A DNA stretch of 64,000 nucleotides from contig DATMAT010000029.1 of assembly GCA_035559815.1 (NCBI GenBank), positions 2,485 through 66,484 on the forward strand. The letters run 5' to 3'. The notes beneath the pieces are model-generated. The model was not told where the DNA came from. It worked only from the letters and a program-made list of their open reading frames with translations, and ran no database searches. Shown here piece after piece: positions 1-10,060 of the stretch; positions within the stretch are counted from its first letter, which is position 1, and every line of letters begins with the position of its first letter. The DNA is from Thermodesulfobacteriota bacterium (GTDB lineage: Bacteria; Desulfobacterota_D; UBA1144; Nemesobacterales; CSP1-2). Made by a program: the position numbers and the translations under genes.

Positions 1-68
1 CGTCCTAGAGCTTAAAAGATAATTTAAGCACGAATCTGCGAAAACTATCTGTTTTCTAGGAGAGACTA

Positions 69-314
69 ATGCCTATTTGTCCTAGGTGTCAAACATTAAT
101 GATTTGTAGCAAGAGAATTTCTGTGGCAGGGATAGAAAACAAAGAGATTGAATGGATCTGTGAATTAGACAAAATCCAAGCAGAAATAAGGCATCCTGTC
201 CAGTATGTTTACATTGTAATAGGTGATGAGGAAGAGATAGAGGGTAAAAGAAAAAGAGTCATTGAAAAGCAAATAAGCGGGGCAGAACTCTTTGTATACT
301 ATGAATTTCTTTAG
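69..314 (+). CDS. small hypothetical protein (81 aa)
   Basis: ORF only; no recognisable motif. Confidence 0.2.
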   Translation: MPICPRCQTLMICSKRISVAGIENKEIEWICELDKIQAEIRHPVQYVYIVIGDEEEIEGKRKRVIEKQISGAELFVYYEFL

Positions 315-339
315 AAGCTAAATTTATTCTCCATATGAA

Positions 340-1005
340 ATGGAGGAAATCATGGATAAGAAAGTAAGCCTACCATTAGATGATGAGCGTTATCAACCCT
401 TGAAAGACCAACTTAAAAATATTCTTCGTAGAGACCCAGAGCTCTCGGATGCAAACTTGCTACGAGAGTTTCTGGAAAACTACAAGGATTACTTTGGCAC
501 GAGAACCTCTTCGGAAATCTCAACTGGGACAGATAATATGATTCGAAGAACCGTTCACTATATGGTGCTGAGTGCAACGGATCTGCAAAGCTTTCACATT
601 ACCAGCCGCAACTGGTTAAAAGAGCAAGGGTATCAACTTCCGCCCTGGGATACCGAATCAAGCCACAAACTGCATCGTGTGATTGAATATAAAGGGCATG
701 CAGCAGCTGTAGTAGAATGGGAGCCGGAAAAAAACATCACTTTAGACCCAAGTCTTGAAGAAAGTGAAAAGAATTGGGTGCTTGCTATGGCAATCGGTGC
801 GGGTGAAAAACCGGAATGGAGTGTAGAAGAACTACGCAGGTTTGCCGCTTATCTCACGATGGGCAGAGCAGAATTCTCGAATGATAGAGAATTGGGTGAT
901 CAAGAAATCGCCGAAAAATACGAAGTGCCGATTGAAGAGGTAGCGTACCGCCGTGGGCTGCCTGATGAGATTGGTACCACCGAGGGGGAGAAAAATAAAC
1001 ATTAA
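340..1005 (+). CDS. hypothetical protein (221 aa)
   Basis: long ORF with acidic C-terminus; no recognised family. Confidence 0.4.
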   Translation: MEEIMDKKVSLPLDDERYQPLKDQLKNILRRDPELSDANLLREFLENYKDYFGTRTSSEISTGTDNMIRRTVHYMVLSATDLQSFHITSRNWLKEQGYQLPPWDTESSHKLHRVIEYKGHAAAVVEWEPEKNITLDPSLEESEKNWVLAMAIGAGEKPEWSVEELRRFAAYLTMGRAEFSNDRELGDQEIAEKYEVPIEEVAYRRGLPDEIGTTEGEKNKH

Positions 1006-1052
1006 GTCTTTAAAAAAATATAAAATTCTTGAAAAACTAGAAGGGAGAAGTT

Positions 1053-1370
1053 TTGGTCAGGAAAGGCTATCTACTAGTAGGAAACAACTCATACTATGTT
1101 GCAGAGAAATACGTCGAACCGAAAGATATAGCTATAGTTGATGCTTTTTACCTCGTTGTAATTATAGATTCCATTTCAGAAGAAGAAAGGAAAAAACTCC
1201 TTATTGAGGCAATAAAAGTTGGGCTCGAGACCGTCCCAGTTGAAGTAGAGGTTCCAGAGAAATACAGCTACACACGGTATGGGTTTCAACTTGACCCGGT
1301 AATGATTCAAATAAGAAAAGGCATTATGCCACGGGGTACTACTAAAGAACTGGGCTCATCCGAACACTAG
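1053..1370 (+). CDS. hypothetical protein (105 aa)
   Basis: ORF only. Confidence 0.3.
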   Translation: MVRKGYLLVGNNSYYVAEKYVEPKDIAIVDAFYLVVIIDSISEEERKKLLIEAIKVGLETVPVEVEVPEKYSYTRYGFQLDPVMIQIRKGIMPRGTTKELGSSEH

Positions 1371-1381
1371 ATAAAGAAGAC

Positions 1382-1984
1382 ATGAAACCTAAACTAATAG
1401 TTTTCTCCGACTATATCTGTCCTTTCTGCTTTTTTGCCCTAAAAATGGTAGAGAAATTACAAGCTGAATATGTTATCGAGGTAGAATGGAAAAACTATGA
1501 AATTCATCCTGATATACCTAAAAACGGAGCATCAAAATCTTTTCTCGGAGAAAACTACCTAAAGACAGTAGAGGAAAATATGAGGCTACTGGCTGAGTTA
1601 GAAAAGCTTGAGGTTAAATCTAATTCATTTATATCCAACTCTCACCTTGCGCTCGAGTCCTCGGAGTTTGCAAAGGAAAAAGGGGTGTTTGGTTCTTTTC
1701 ACAAAAAGGTTTTTGAAGCTTATTTTATGGAGGGCAGAAACATAGGAGATAAATCGGTGATTTTAGATATTGCTCAAGGACTTAGATTAGATCCTGACGA
1801 TCTAAGCTCGTCATTGGATGAGCATCGTTACCACGGAAGATTACTAGAAGTTCGAATGGAGAAAACTAGGCTTGGTGTAATCGGTACGCCGACTTTTATC
1901 GTAGGTAAAAGACAACTAGCCGGACTCCCAAGCTACGATGTATTGAGACAATTCGTTGAACCCATAATGAAGAGGGGTGAGTGA
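1382..1984 (+). CDS. DsbA-family thioredoxin-fold oxidoreductase (FrnE-like)
   Basis: N-terminal DYICPFC CxxC motif typical of DsbA/FrnE thiol-disulfide isomerases; stop overlaps gcvH start (operon). Confidence 0.65.
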   Translation: MKPKLIVFSDYICPFCFFALKMVEKLQAEYVIEVEWKNYEIHPDIPKNGASKSFLGENYLKTVEENMRLLAELEKLEVKSNSFISNSHLALESSEFAKEKGVFGSFHKKVFEAYFMEGRNIGDKSVILDIAQGLRLDPDDLSSSLDEHRYHGRLLEVRMEKTRLGVIGTPTFIVGKRQLAGLPSYDVLRQFVEPIMKRGE

Positions 1985-2394
1985 TGTATCCAAGGGACCT
2001 AAAATACACGAAAGATCACTGGTGGATAAAAGTTGAAAATGGAAAAGCACGTATAGGGATCACTCAGCGAGTTGCTGATTTCTTGACCCTTATCACCAAT
2101 GTAGAGTTTGCAAAATTAGGTGATGAAATAAAAGTCGGTGACACTATAGGTATAATAGAATCCCAGAAAACAACGGTAGATCTCTCCTCCCCATTGAGTG
2201 GTAAGGTTTTAGAAGTAAACGCTAATCTAATCAATGACCCACTCCCTTTAGTACATGACCCATATAGAGATGGCTGGATGATTGTAATTGAGCTATCTAA
2301 CCCAAAGGAGATTGATGAACTTATAGATATAGATGAGTACGTGAAGATCGTTGAGTGGGAAAAAGAAACACAAAAAGGAGTTGGGAGAATCTAA
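1981..2394 (+). CDS. gcvH: glycine cleavage system H protein
   Basis: YTKDHWW...GITQ...ESQK(lipoyl-Lys)T...SPLSGKV...DPYRDGWM signature of GcvH. Confidence 0.8.
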   Translation: MMYPRDLKYTKDHWWIKVENGKARIGITQRVADFLTLITNVEFAKLGDEIKVGDTIGIIESQKTTVDLSSPLSGKVLEVNANLINDPLPLVHDPYRDGWMIVIELSNPKEIDELIDIDEYVKIVEWEKETQKGVGRI

Positions 2395-2564
2395 AATCCA
2401 TTCATCTGAGAACAAACTTCCGGATGAAATTTCCTACTGAGTTAGACCTGAAGATATACGGCGAGACCATGATCGGAATCCCCCACATAGAGGCCGGCCC
2501 CCTCGTCAGAAGCTCCTACCATGCGCAGAAGCAGGTGATTAAGCTGGGTGGAGATTTTAGTTAG
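2355..2564 (+). pseudogene. lipA: lipoyl synthase C-terminal remnant (about 50-60 codons)
   Basis: encodes ...FPTELD...GIPHIEAGPLVRSSYHAQKQ, matching the conserved LipA C-terminus (GFxHVxSGPLVRSSYHA); radical-SAM N-terminal 85% absent; out of frame with and overlapping gcvH 3' end. Confidence 0.6.
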
Positions 2565-2667
2565 AATTAACTTTTAAACCTGTAGTTAACCCACTCTTAA
2601 CTCACCTTGACTTTATCAATATTAAGTTTATATTTGAGTTCCAATTCGAAGCTCTTTTAAAAATTAA

Positions 2668-2840
2668 GGTTCACGGGTGCCTATGAAGGCCTAAGAGGGA
2701 AGTCCGGTGAAAATCCGGCGCAGCCCGCTCGCTGCTGTAAGTAGCCCGTAAAGCCCTTTGCACTATGCCACTGGAATTCTTTTCATGCCGGGAAGGCGCA
2801 AGGGAGCCAGATGCTACAAGCCAGAAGACCTGCCTGGGGA
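2668..2840 (+). promoter_or_regulatory. cobalamin (B12) riboswitch
   Basis: ggtgcc...agggaagtccggtgaaaatccggcgcagcccgc...gccactgg...ccgggaaggcg and B12-box gccagaagacctgcc; directly upstream of a TonB-dependent receptor. Confidence 0.85.
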
Positions 2841-2929
2841 CTGAGTTTGCTTTTCTTCGAGGGGAGAAAGTAAATGACTTCAACCGTAGAACGAACCCCT
2901 GTCTTCTTCCCTGAAGACCGGGGGTCCTG

Positions 2930-4804
2930 ATGAAAAATTTGATCCTGCTGTTCCTCTTCTTATTCTCCGCGGATATCCTTGCGGAAGAGGAAGAGACTAT
3001 TACGCTTGAGCCGGTGGTTGTCGAAGAAGTACCGGTAGAGCCCCCTCTCGATTACCCTTCCGCTTTTTCAACCGTGATCGACCTCGGTGATTTCGGCGGT
3101 GAGTACAACACCACGTCTGAGATTCTTTCTTTCTCCCCGGGTGTAGTGGTGAGAGACTTCGGCGGGTTTGGCCAGCTCAAAACCTTGTCTATTCGCGGTT
3201 CATCCAATGACCAGGTGGTAATCCTGCTAGACGGCGTGAGGATAAACAGTCCACTGGGGGGAGGGGTGGATTTATCTACCATTCCCATTGATTACGTGGA
3301 GAGATTTGAAATCGTAAGAGGCGGCGCATCGGCCCTGGTAGGCTCTGATGCCATAGGCGGAGTGGTAAACATAGTAACCAAAAAAACAGACGACCCCTTC
3401 ACCAATTTGTCCTTTACATACGGTTCATTCAACACCCTGAGTGCAAACCTCTCCAGGGCTCAGAAATTAGGAAATCTGAGCTACTTCTTCTCTTATACAC
3501 ACGCCCAGAGTGAAGGCGATTTTAAGTTCAAGTCTGTCAATAACCTGACCCTCACCAGGATAAACAACGAGTTCTTCTCCGAAAGCTTTCTGGGGAAGGT
3601 TGAATATGAGCTTAACGGCTGGACGATCGGCTTTCTTAACGAATTTTATTACGACGACAAGGGTGTTCCCGGGCTCGGCGAATTTCAGCAGCCCGATGCG
3701 AACCAAAAAGACCTGAGAAACTTAACCAGCATTAACATTTCTAAGAGTGGATTTCTTAGGCAGGACATAGATTTTGACTTGGTCCTGTTCAACAGGTTTG
3801 ACTGGCTCGAATTCAAAAATCCTGAGCCCACGGTTGGAATCCCTATTGACACCCTCAGCAAGACCTTCAGCTTCGGCTTAAATCCGAGGCTCACCTGGTA
3901 TGCGCCTTACAACCAGATAGTGACCTTCGCCACGGAGGTGAGGGGAGATATTCTAAGGGATGAGGATTTTGATAACCCTAAAAGGTTTACTTTTAGTTCT
4001 TTTCTCAGCGATGAAATCAATCTTTTTGACGACCTCCTTCTCATAAGTCCGATAATACGGTTTGACCTTTACCAAACCTCCGCCGAGGAAAGCACGACCG
4101 ATACCGGATTCTCGCCGAAACTGGGAATTATATTCTCTCCTCTGAAGTATGTTTCTCTAAAAGGTAATGTTGGAAGGTCTTACAGAGCGCCCAGTTTCAG
4201 TGAACTCTTCTTTCCCGAAGAGGGTTTCATCGGCGGAAACCCAAACCTCAAGCCGGAAAGCTCTTTTGATTTTGATTTCGGTCTGGTTTTTTCCCATCCG
4301 CGAGTCGGTTTTGAGATTACCTACTTCAGGAACGAGGTTGATGACCTCATTCTTTTCGTTTTCGTCAGCGCGCAGAGGATAGAGCCATTAAACGTAGGAA
4401 ATGCAACCGAGCAGGGAATCGAGACCAGCCTGGTCTTAAGACCGTTTGATTTTATGGAGCTATTTGCCGGATACACCTTCCTTGACGGTGAGCTCGAGGA
4501 TACCGGGGCGCAGCTTCCGGGAAGGCCCAGAAACAAGTTTGACTTTCGTGGGGTTTTAACATACCGCTCATTCTCGTTCTTCTGGGAGACACATTATGTA
4601 GACAAGATTCCACTTAGTCCATTCCCGGACTCGGCTACCACCGATGCCAGAACCACGAGCGATGTGGGAGGAAAAGTGGAGTGGAAGAATATATTCGTTA
4701 CGCTCGAAGCAAAAAACGTCTTTAACAACCTGGACGTGCAGGACGCCTTAGACTTCCCGCTTCCGGGAAGGACGATTTTTTTTACGGCAGGAATAAAGTT
4801 TTGA
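2930..4804 (+). CDS. btuB: TonB-dependent outer-membrane receptor, BtuB-like (B12 uptake)
   Basis: signal peptide, plug-domain motifs (TLSIRGSS...ILLDGVRIN), C-terminal ...TAGIKF, riboswitch-controlled. Confidence 0.85.
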   Translation: MKNLILLFLFLFSADILAEEEETITLEPVVVEEVPVEPPLDYPSAFSTVIDLGDFGGEYNTTSEILSFSPGVVVRDFGGFGQLKTLSIRGSSNDQVVILLDGVRINSPLGGGVDLSTIPIDYVERFEIVRGGASALVGSDAIGGVVNIVTKKTDDPFTNLSFTYGSFNTLSANLSRAQKLGNLSYFFSYTHAQSEGDFKFKSVNNLTLTRINNEFFSESFLGKVEYELNGWTIGFLNEFYYDDKGVPGLGEFQQPDANQKDLRNLTSINISKSGFLRQDIDFDLVLFNRFDWLEFKNPEPTVGIPIDTLSKTFSFGLNPRLTWYAPYNQIVTFATEVRGDILRDEDFDNPKRFTFSSFLSDEINLFDDLLLISPIIRFDLYQTSAEESTTDTGFSPKLGIIFSPLKYVSLKGNVGRSYRAPSFSELFFPEEGFIGGNPNLKPESSFDFDFGLVFSHPRVGFEITYFRNEVDDLILFVFVSAQRIEPLNVGNATEQGIETSLVLRPFDFMELFAGYTFLDGELEDTGAQLPGRPRNKFDFRGVLTYRSFSFFWETHYVDKIPLSPFPDSATTDARTTSDVGGKVEWKNIFVTLEAKNVFNNLDVQDALDFPLPGRTIFFTAGIKF

Positions 4805-4816
4805 AAGAACGAAACT

Positions 4817-4935
4817 TAGCCACTAATTAACACAGATTAACACGAATAAAGATAAGTGAGATACATGATTCATGATATACAATGCAGGATTTATATGAAT
4901 ATTCTTACATGCATCCTGTATCGTGCTTCGTTCGA
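4817..4935. repeat. family F element (agccacNaat...acacgaat...catcctgNatcgtgcNtcg)
   Basis: similar copies at 23689-23805 and partial at 33765-33812. Confidence 0.5.
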
Positions 4936-5017
4936 CTGAGCTCACGACGAAGTCTTGCATCCTTTGTCTTTATTTGTGTTCATTCGCGGCTAAAACGAAA
5001 AAAAGGAGGATAAAGCA

Positions 5018-6487
5018 ATGAGGTTCCTTATAGTTATTTTCATCCTGGGGATATGGGGATTTATTATCGGCGGGTGTCAGACGAGTGACGGCGGCTCCGG
5101 TTTCATCCCTACCGGCCGCATCGTGGCGGTAGCGGAGAGAAGCAGTTCAGACACGGTTCAAGTTGGCGGACCAAGAGGCTCGGCCACTCCGGGAGCATTT
5201 GTAGGGATTACCAACTTAGATACCGGTGATTTTAAAACCACCAATGTAAGGGATGACGGAAGTTTCTCCGTAGAGTTCGACGCCTCGACCGAGGACATAT
5301 TCAGAGTGGTTATAGAAGAAGACGGCATAGATGAGACGATAGGTGTTTCTATTTTGAGGGATGCCGTGGCCAGAAACATAGCTCAACTTGGCAGCGTACC
5401 CACGGAAATAGTGATAAGGGAAGAAAAAGCTTACGTGGTGAACGGTTTCTCCGATAACATCCAGGTCTTCGACATCAATCAGAGTCCGCCCGAGCAAATA
5501 GGAACGATAGTCTTACCGCCCGGCTCCGACCCGGTGGCTATGGCTTTTTTGGATGACACCCGTGCTTATGTGGCCAATATGATAGGGCAGAGCGTTGCCG
5601 TGGTGAACGTGGTAACAGGGCAGTGCGAGGCAATTATAGCTCGTACTGGCGGAGATTTTTCACCCTGCCAGACTGTGTTTATAGCCGTTGGCGCTTTCGA
5701 AGACCCGTCGGGAGTGGCTATTGCAAACGGTAAGGTTTATGTAACAAACGCTAACCTAGATGACTTCTTTGACCCTATTGGAAACGGGTTTGTAACTGTG
5801 ATCAACACTCAGACAAATCAGTTCATAAAACGTATTGATTCTAGTGGACAGGGGACGAATGAAATAACCGAATTAAACGGGAATATTTATTCCGTAAATG
5901 TGGGAGATACGGATTTCGACACAGATACAGGGGATTTCTTCTGCGACCCGGCCTCTATTCAAAGCATTGATGTCATTAATACTGAATCTGATGATATTGC
6001 AGACTCCATCTTCATTCCTTTAAGCGGTGAAAATCCCTTTGCCTGTAGTCCAAATAAGCTCGAGCCGACACCGGACGGCCGATTCGGATATTTGGGAAGC
6101 GGATTGGCCGGGGTACTGTTCAAAGTTGACCTTTTAAATAATACTCTCATTAGGGGCGCGGATAATCCGATAGTAATAACTTCGGCTGACGACCTTGACG
6201 CAACTTTTGATGTGGAGATTCGTGATGACGGCCTGGCGTTCATAGCTCTTTTTAACTCGGACCAGATTGCGGTGATGGATACACTGGATGATTCAGTAAA
6301 CCCCTTCCCTTTCATAGCCCCTTTTCCTGCTGGCCTCAGGGGGGATAATCCAAATTCTCAGTTCTTTGACGGTATACAGGACATTGCCATAAGGGAAGAT
6401 GGAGAATTCCCGGATGTTTTTTTTATCACCGGAATCAGCAGTCAACTGGGCTCTATAGATACTTCGCTTATACTTCCGCCGGAGTAG
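5018..6487 (+). CDS. beta-propeller (YVTN-like repeat) surface lipoprotein in B12 locus
   Basis: lipobox IIGGC; repeated AYV(A/T)N...VNVVTG / VYVTNAN blades; RBS aaaggagg. Confidence 0.5.
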   Translation: MRFLIVIFILGIWGFIIGGCQTSDGGSGFIPTGRIVAVAERSSSDTVQVGGPRGSATPGAFVGITNLDTGDFKTTNVRDDGSFSVEFDASTEDIFRVVIEEDGIDETIGVSILRDAVARNIAQLGSVPTEIVIREEKAYVVNGFSDNIQVFDINQSPPEQIGTIVLPPGSDPVAMAFLDDTRAYVANMIGQSVAVVNVVTGQCEAIIARTGGDFSPCQTVFIAVGAFEDPSGVAIANGKVYVTNANLDDFFDPIGNGFVTVINTQTNQFIKRIDSSGQGTNEITELNGNIYSVNVGDTDFDTDTGDFFCDPASIQSIDVINTESDDIADSIFIPLSGENPFACSPNKLEPTPDGRFGYLGSGLAGVLFKVDLLNNTLIRGADNPIVITSADDLDATFDVEIRDDGLAFIALFNSDQIAVMDTLDDSVNPFPFIAPFPAGLRGDNPNSQFFDGIQDIAIREDGEFPDVFFITGISSQLGSIDTSLILPPE

Positions 6488-6561
6488 GAGTCGATGGGAG
6501 CACATATTTAGACTTGGTTCTCTTCCGGAATAGACCGGCTTAGAAAATCCACATTATAAAT

Positions 6562-6589
6562 GTAGAGACGCATGGCCATGCGTCTCTAC
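6562..6589. repeat. REP (GTAG-type palindrome)
   Basis: gtagagacgcatggccatgcgtctctac, 75 nt after beta-propeller gene. Confidence 0.65.
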
Positions 6590-6741
6590 GATAAACTGCA
6601 CGGTGGCTTTTTTGTTCCACGGCTACTTTAACTGTATGATCTATCGAACCTTTTTATTATCTTGCATCGAGTACTAAATTAGTTAAAGATATTTAGGAGA
6701 GGATAATTTCTTCTCATTAACTTATTGCGGGGGTTTCTGCT

Positions 6742-7686
6742 ATGCGAATCTGCTCCTTCCTTCCAAGCACGACGGAGATTGTTTACGCGCTGGGGCTTGG
6801 GGACAACCTGGTAGGGGTGACTCATGAATGCGATTACCCTCCCGAAGCGGCCAGTAAATCCAGGGTAATAATGAGCCTTATCAACCCGGAGGAGCTTTCC
6901 AGCCTGGAAATAGACAGATTGGTAAGTGAAAACCATAAAGCCGGAAAGAGCACCTACATCGTGGAAGAAGAGGCTCTTCGGAAGGCTAACCCGGATATAA
7001 TCCTTACTCAAGGGCTTTGCGATGTTTGTGCCGTCTCCGGGAACGAAGTCATAGAGGCAGTGAAGGTTCTTGGACACAACCCTCAAATAATTTCTCTGGC
7101 ACCGAGTACCATTGGTGAAATCTTGGAAACAATCTTGATTATCGGAGAAGCGACTCAAAAGAAGGAGCAGGCAAGGGAGTTGGTGGACAAGCTCAAATCC
7201 AGGATAGAAAGGGTCAGGTCGTTGCTTGCGGCGGAGAAAGATCGTCCCCGGGTTTTCTGCATGGAATGGCTCGACCCGCCTTATGTGGCCGGGCACTGGG
7301 TTCCGGAGATGGTGGAGATTGCCGGCGGTGATTGTGTGGCCGGGAAACCGGGGAAGCCCTCTTTCCGGGTTTCCTGGGAAGAGATTTTAAACCATGCCCC
7401 ACAGGTCATAGTTCTCATGCCATGCGGTTTTGGTATAGATAAAACCCTCGAGGAGGTGGACGTCTTAACCTCGGTCGATTTCTGGTACAAGATTCCCGCG
7501 GTTAGAAAGGGGCACGTTTATTTAGTGGATGCAAACTCCTACTTCTCCAGGTCAGGACCAAGGGTGGTAGATGGGCTGGAGATAATGGCCAGGATACTCC
7601 ATCCGGAGGTAGTTGATTTTGAAATTCCCAAGGATTCGGTGCTTAACCTAAGAAACCACATTTTCCTTGAGTCTTTTTTGGGATGA
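6742..7686 (+). CDS. BtuF/TroA-like periplasmic-binding-fold cobalamin-binding protein (no signal peptide)
   Basis: LPSTTEIVYALGLGDNLVGVTHECDYP N-terminus typical of class III PBPs (BtuF, FhuD); B12 locus context. Confidence 0.65.
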   Translation: MRICSFLPSTTEIVYALGLGDNLVGVTHECDYPPEAASKSRVIMSLINPEELSSLEIDRLVSENHKAGKSTYIVEEEALRKANPDIILTQGLCDVCAVSGNEVIEAVKVLGHNPQIISLAPSTIGEILETILIIGEATQKKEQARELVDKLKSRIERVRSLLAAEKDRPRVFCMEWLDPPYVAGHWVPEMVEIAGGDCVAGKPGKPSFRVSWEEILNHAPQVIVLMPCGFGIDKTLEEVDVLTSVDFWYKIPAVRKGHVYLVDANSYFSRSGPRVVDGLEIMARILHPEVVDFEIPKDSVLNLRNHIFLESFLG

Positions 7687-7792
7687 AACGTCCAAAGTGG
7701 AAATCACTCAACTCATGGGAAAGAATAGAGGTGGGAAGAAGAAGTTTAAAATCTAGACTTCAAAAGAAGCTAGCGCTATATTATAAGACCCG

Positions 7793-8464
7793 ATGGAACG
7801 TAATTTTTTAGGAGTTTTGATGAATCATAATCTGAGTGTGCTTTTACTATTTATAGTCATGATAAGCAACTTAGCGTGCAGTCCTAAAATAGTATCTTTT
7901 GAGGCAAACCCAATTTTTGTATGTGAAGGGCAAAGTACCCGAGTTTCCTGGAAGGCTAGAGGCAGCACTGTACTTTTATCTAATCCTTTGCTTCCCGGAA
8001 CGGGGGCAGTGGAACCTGCCGGCTCCGAGAGATTTACTCCGATTGATACTACCATCTTCACAATCAAGGCTATGCGTAACGGCAGAGAAACATTTGTTGA
8101 GCAAGAGGTTATTCTTTTGCCTAGTAGAACGGAAAGGGAGATAGTAATCAGTATCAAGCCTAGTGTTGACGGAGATCTGGTTGGTGTTGAAACGATTAAA
8201 CCGTCGGTTTTAAGAGACTTTAAAAGCATAGAAACCATAAGAGGGGATATTGATAGGCCTATAACCGTTCTGCATGAGGGTCGCGAGGTTATCCTTCAGG
8301 CTAATGGCGTCCCATCCGAAGCGATGCGTGGTACAGGGTTCAGCGGATACTGGGAGGTACGTGCAAAACCTCTTCCCGGAGAGGAATTTGACGACCCGGC
8401 TCATGCTCCTCCGGATAGCTTTCGTATATTGGTTAGCCTTTCCTGCACTGGTTACAAAAAGTAA
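7793..8464 (+). CDS. hypothetical lipoprotein
   Basis: signal peptide with lipobox SNLAC. Confidence 0.4.
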   Translation: MERNFLGVLMNHNLSVLLLFIVMISNLACSPKIVSFEANPIFVCEGQSTRVSWKARGSTVLLSNPLLPGTGAVEPAGSERFTPIDTTIFTIKAMRNGRETFVEQEVILLPSRTEREIVISIKPSVDGDLVGVETIKPSVLRDFKSIETIRGDIDRPITVLHEGREVILQANGVPSEAMRGTGFSGYWEVRAKPLPGEEFDDPAHAPPDSFRILVSLSCTGYKK

Positions 8465-8476
8465 CACCTTATCAAT

Positions 8477-9463
8477 ATGGACATTGCTCAAGCTGAAAAT
8501 ATTATGGTATCGGAAAACCGGTCTTTAGAAAGCATTTTAAAAAAATCAAAAAGGGCGATCATCATAGGAATAGGGGGAGGCGGGGATATCGTGGGAACGA
8601 TCCCCACGGCCAGGCTACTCGATATGTTCGGGATAGATTGCATCCTCGGCGGTCTTCCCTGGGAAAGGTCTGTTTTTGACCCCATTCCCGGTCCCAGAGT
8701 CTTTGGTGAAATCAAAAATCTTCGCCCATTGAATGATACCGTTTGGTTTGCTAATAAAGACACTGTAACCGCCACCGGGGTCAGATTCGCCGAGACGGAA
8801 ATGGCCGAGATATACGAAAAAGAAATGCTACTGGTTGACATAACGAAAGGGGTTGTGGGTGTGGTAAAGGGGTTAGATAAGGCGATGTCGGAATTGAATG
8901 CGGATCTCTTAATCGGCATAGATGTGGGCGGTGATTCAATCGGATTCGGGGATGAAAAAGGACTAGCCAGCCCGCTTGCAGACGCTATAATGACTACCTC
9001 CCTTTCCGAGCTGAGCGGAAAATACGACACTCTCCTCGGCCTATTCGGATATGGCAGTGATGGCGAGCTTACTCCGGATGAATTAGAAAGGTCGTTAAGC
9101 TTGATTTCAAGAGAGGGGGGATTTCTTGGAGCTTGGGGAATTACCACTGAAATTCTTCGGGAGATGGAGATGGTGATATCAAAAATTCCGACCGAGGCAA
9201 GCAGAATTCCGGTTGAATGTGCAAAGGGGGAGAGGGGAGAAAAGTACATCCGCAGTGAGACTAGGAAGGTTTATCTCTCCACAGCATCCACGGTTACGTT
9301 TTATTTATCTCCAGTTGTGGTTGTGGAAAAGGTGTCAAAACCGGCGAGACTGGTTTTGGGCTCTAAGTCCTTGGATGAAGCCAACGAAGCCCTTCATTCC
9401 ATCGGTCTCTTTACGGAGCTGGATTTAGAGAGGGAAAGAGAAAGGTCCGGGGCTAAAAATTGA
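8477..9463 (+). CDS. DUF1152-like protein (GIGGGGD and DVGGD motifs)
   Basis: IIIGIGGGGDIVG ... IGIDVGGDS motifs recalled from DUF1152; 12 nt after previous gene. Confidence 0.4.
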   Translation: MDIAQAENIMVSENRSLESILKKSKRAIIIGIGGGGDIVGTIPTARLLDMFGIDCILGGLPWERSVFDPIPGPRVFGEIKNLRPLNDTVWFANKDTVTATGVRFAETEMAEIYEKEMLLVDITKGVVGVVKGLDKAMSELNADLLIGIDVGGDSIGFGDEKGLASPLADAIMTTSLSELSGKYDTLLGLFGYGSDGELTPDELERSLSLISREGGFLGAWGITTEILREMEMVISKIPTEASRIPVECAKGERGEKYIRSETRKVYLSTASTVTFYLSPVVVVEKVSKPARLVLGSKSLDEANEALHSIGLFTELDLERERERSGAKN

Positions 9464-9545
9464 ATTTAAACTAGCTTTTTAAAGTTGTTGGGCTCTATCT
9501 TATAAGTTTTGTGATGATATCTTCGGCCAAATTTGTCCTACATAG

Positions 9546-10060
9546 CAGATTGATTGTCGGAGTCGGCCTGATAGTAATCAAAGAACTACAATGACGGGCA
9601 AAGAAAAAGTAACCCCTCTTTAATTCTTCTTCTGTAAGCCTGTCCTGAGCGGAGTCGAAGGGCCTGTCCTGAGCAAAGTCGAAGGGCGGAAGGATGCACT
9701 TTATAGGCACTACTAGCTGCATGGCTAGTTTATGAAGTTTTTCTTTTTGCTTGGAATTGCATGGGGTGACTGTGCGTCTCTTCATCTCACGCACATTACA
9801 CACCACTAAATCCCCTCTCAAGAGGGTACTTGATGTAGAAATTCCCCTCTAGAGAGGGGTGTCCCGAAGGGACGGGGTGTGTCAGTTTAGAGAGGATGTC
9901 ACGGAGGCGTAGATAAGATATTTTAAAAAATAGGGTTAGGACGGTGCTTGCATAGTAACATAAAAGAGTGGACCTGATTTTTAAAATATGTTTTAGCCAT
10001 CTAAAGGCTTTGTTTTACGAGAGTGAATTGTTGATTCTTGATTATTTTGGACAGCAGTGA
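9546..10060. repeat. copy 1 of duplicated conserved noncoding element (5' module 9546-9627, 3' module 9938-10060, repeat insertions between)
   Basis: about 75% identity to 59562-59830 over both modules. Confidence 0.6.
9637..9700. repeat. family A repeats (cccttcgacNNNgctcaggNNgaacgg type), two tandem units, reverse orientation
   Basis: ctgtcctgagcggagtcgaagggc x2. Confidence 0.7.

Noticed and set aside
953-1141. 62-aa ORF overlapping the end of 340-1005
   Set aside because: It overlaps two better ORFs, is Arg/Lys-rich and low-complexity.
2671-2883. 70-aa minus-strand ORF
   Set aside because: It lies entirely inside the cobalamin riboswitch and is an artefact of structured GC-rich RNA.
6679-7296. 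205-aa minus-strand ORF
   Set aside because: It is antisense to the well-supported BtuF-like gene and has no motif.
9495-9821. 108-aa minus-strand ORF
   Set aside because: Much of it is translated from family-A repeats (PPFDFAQDRPFDSAQDRL) and the conserved noncoding module. It is most likely not a real gene, though a decayed hicA-like remnant cannot be fully excluded.
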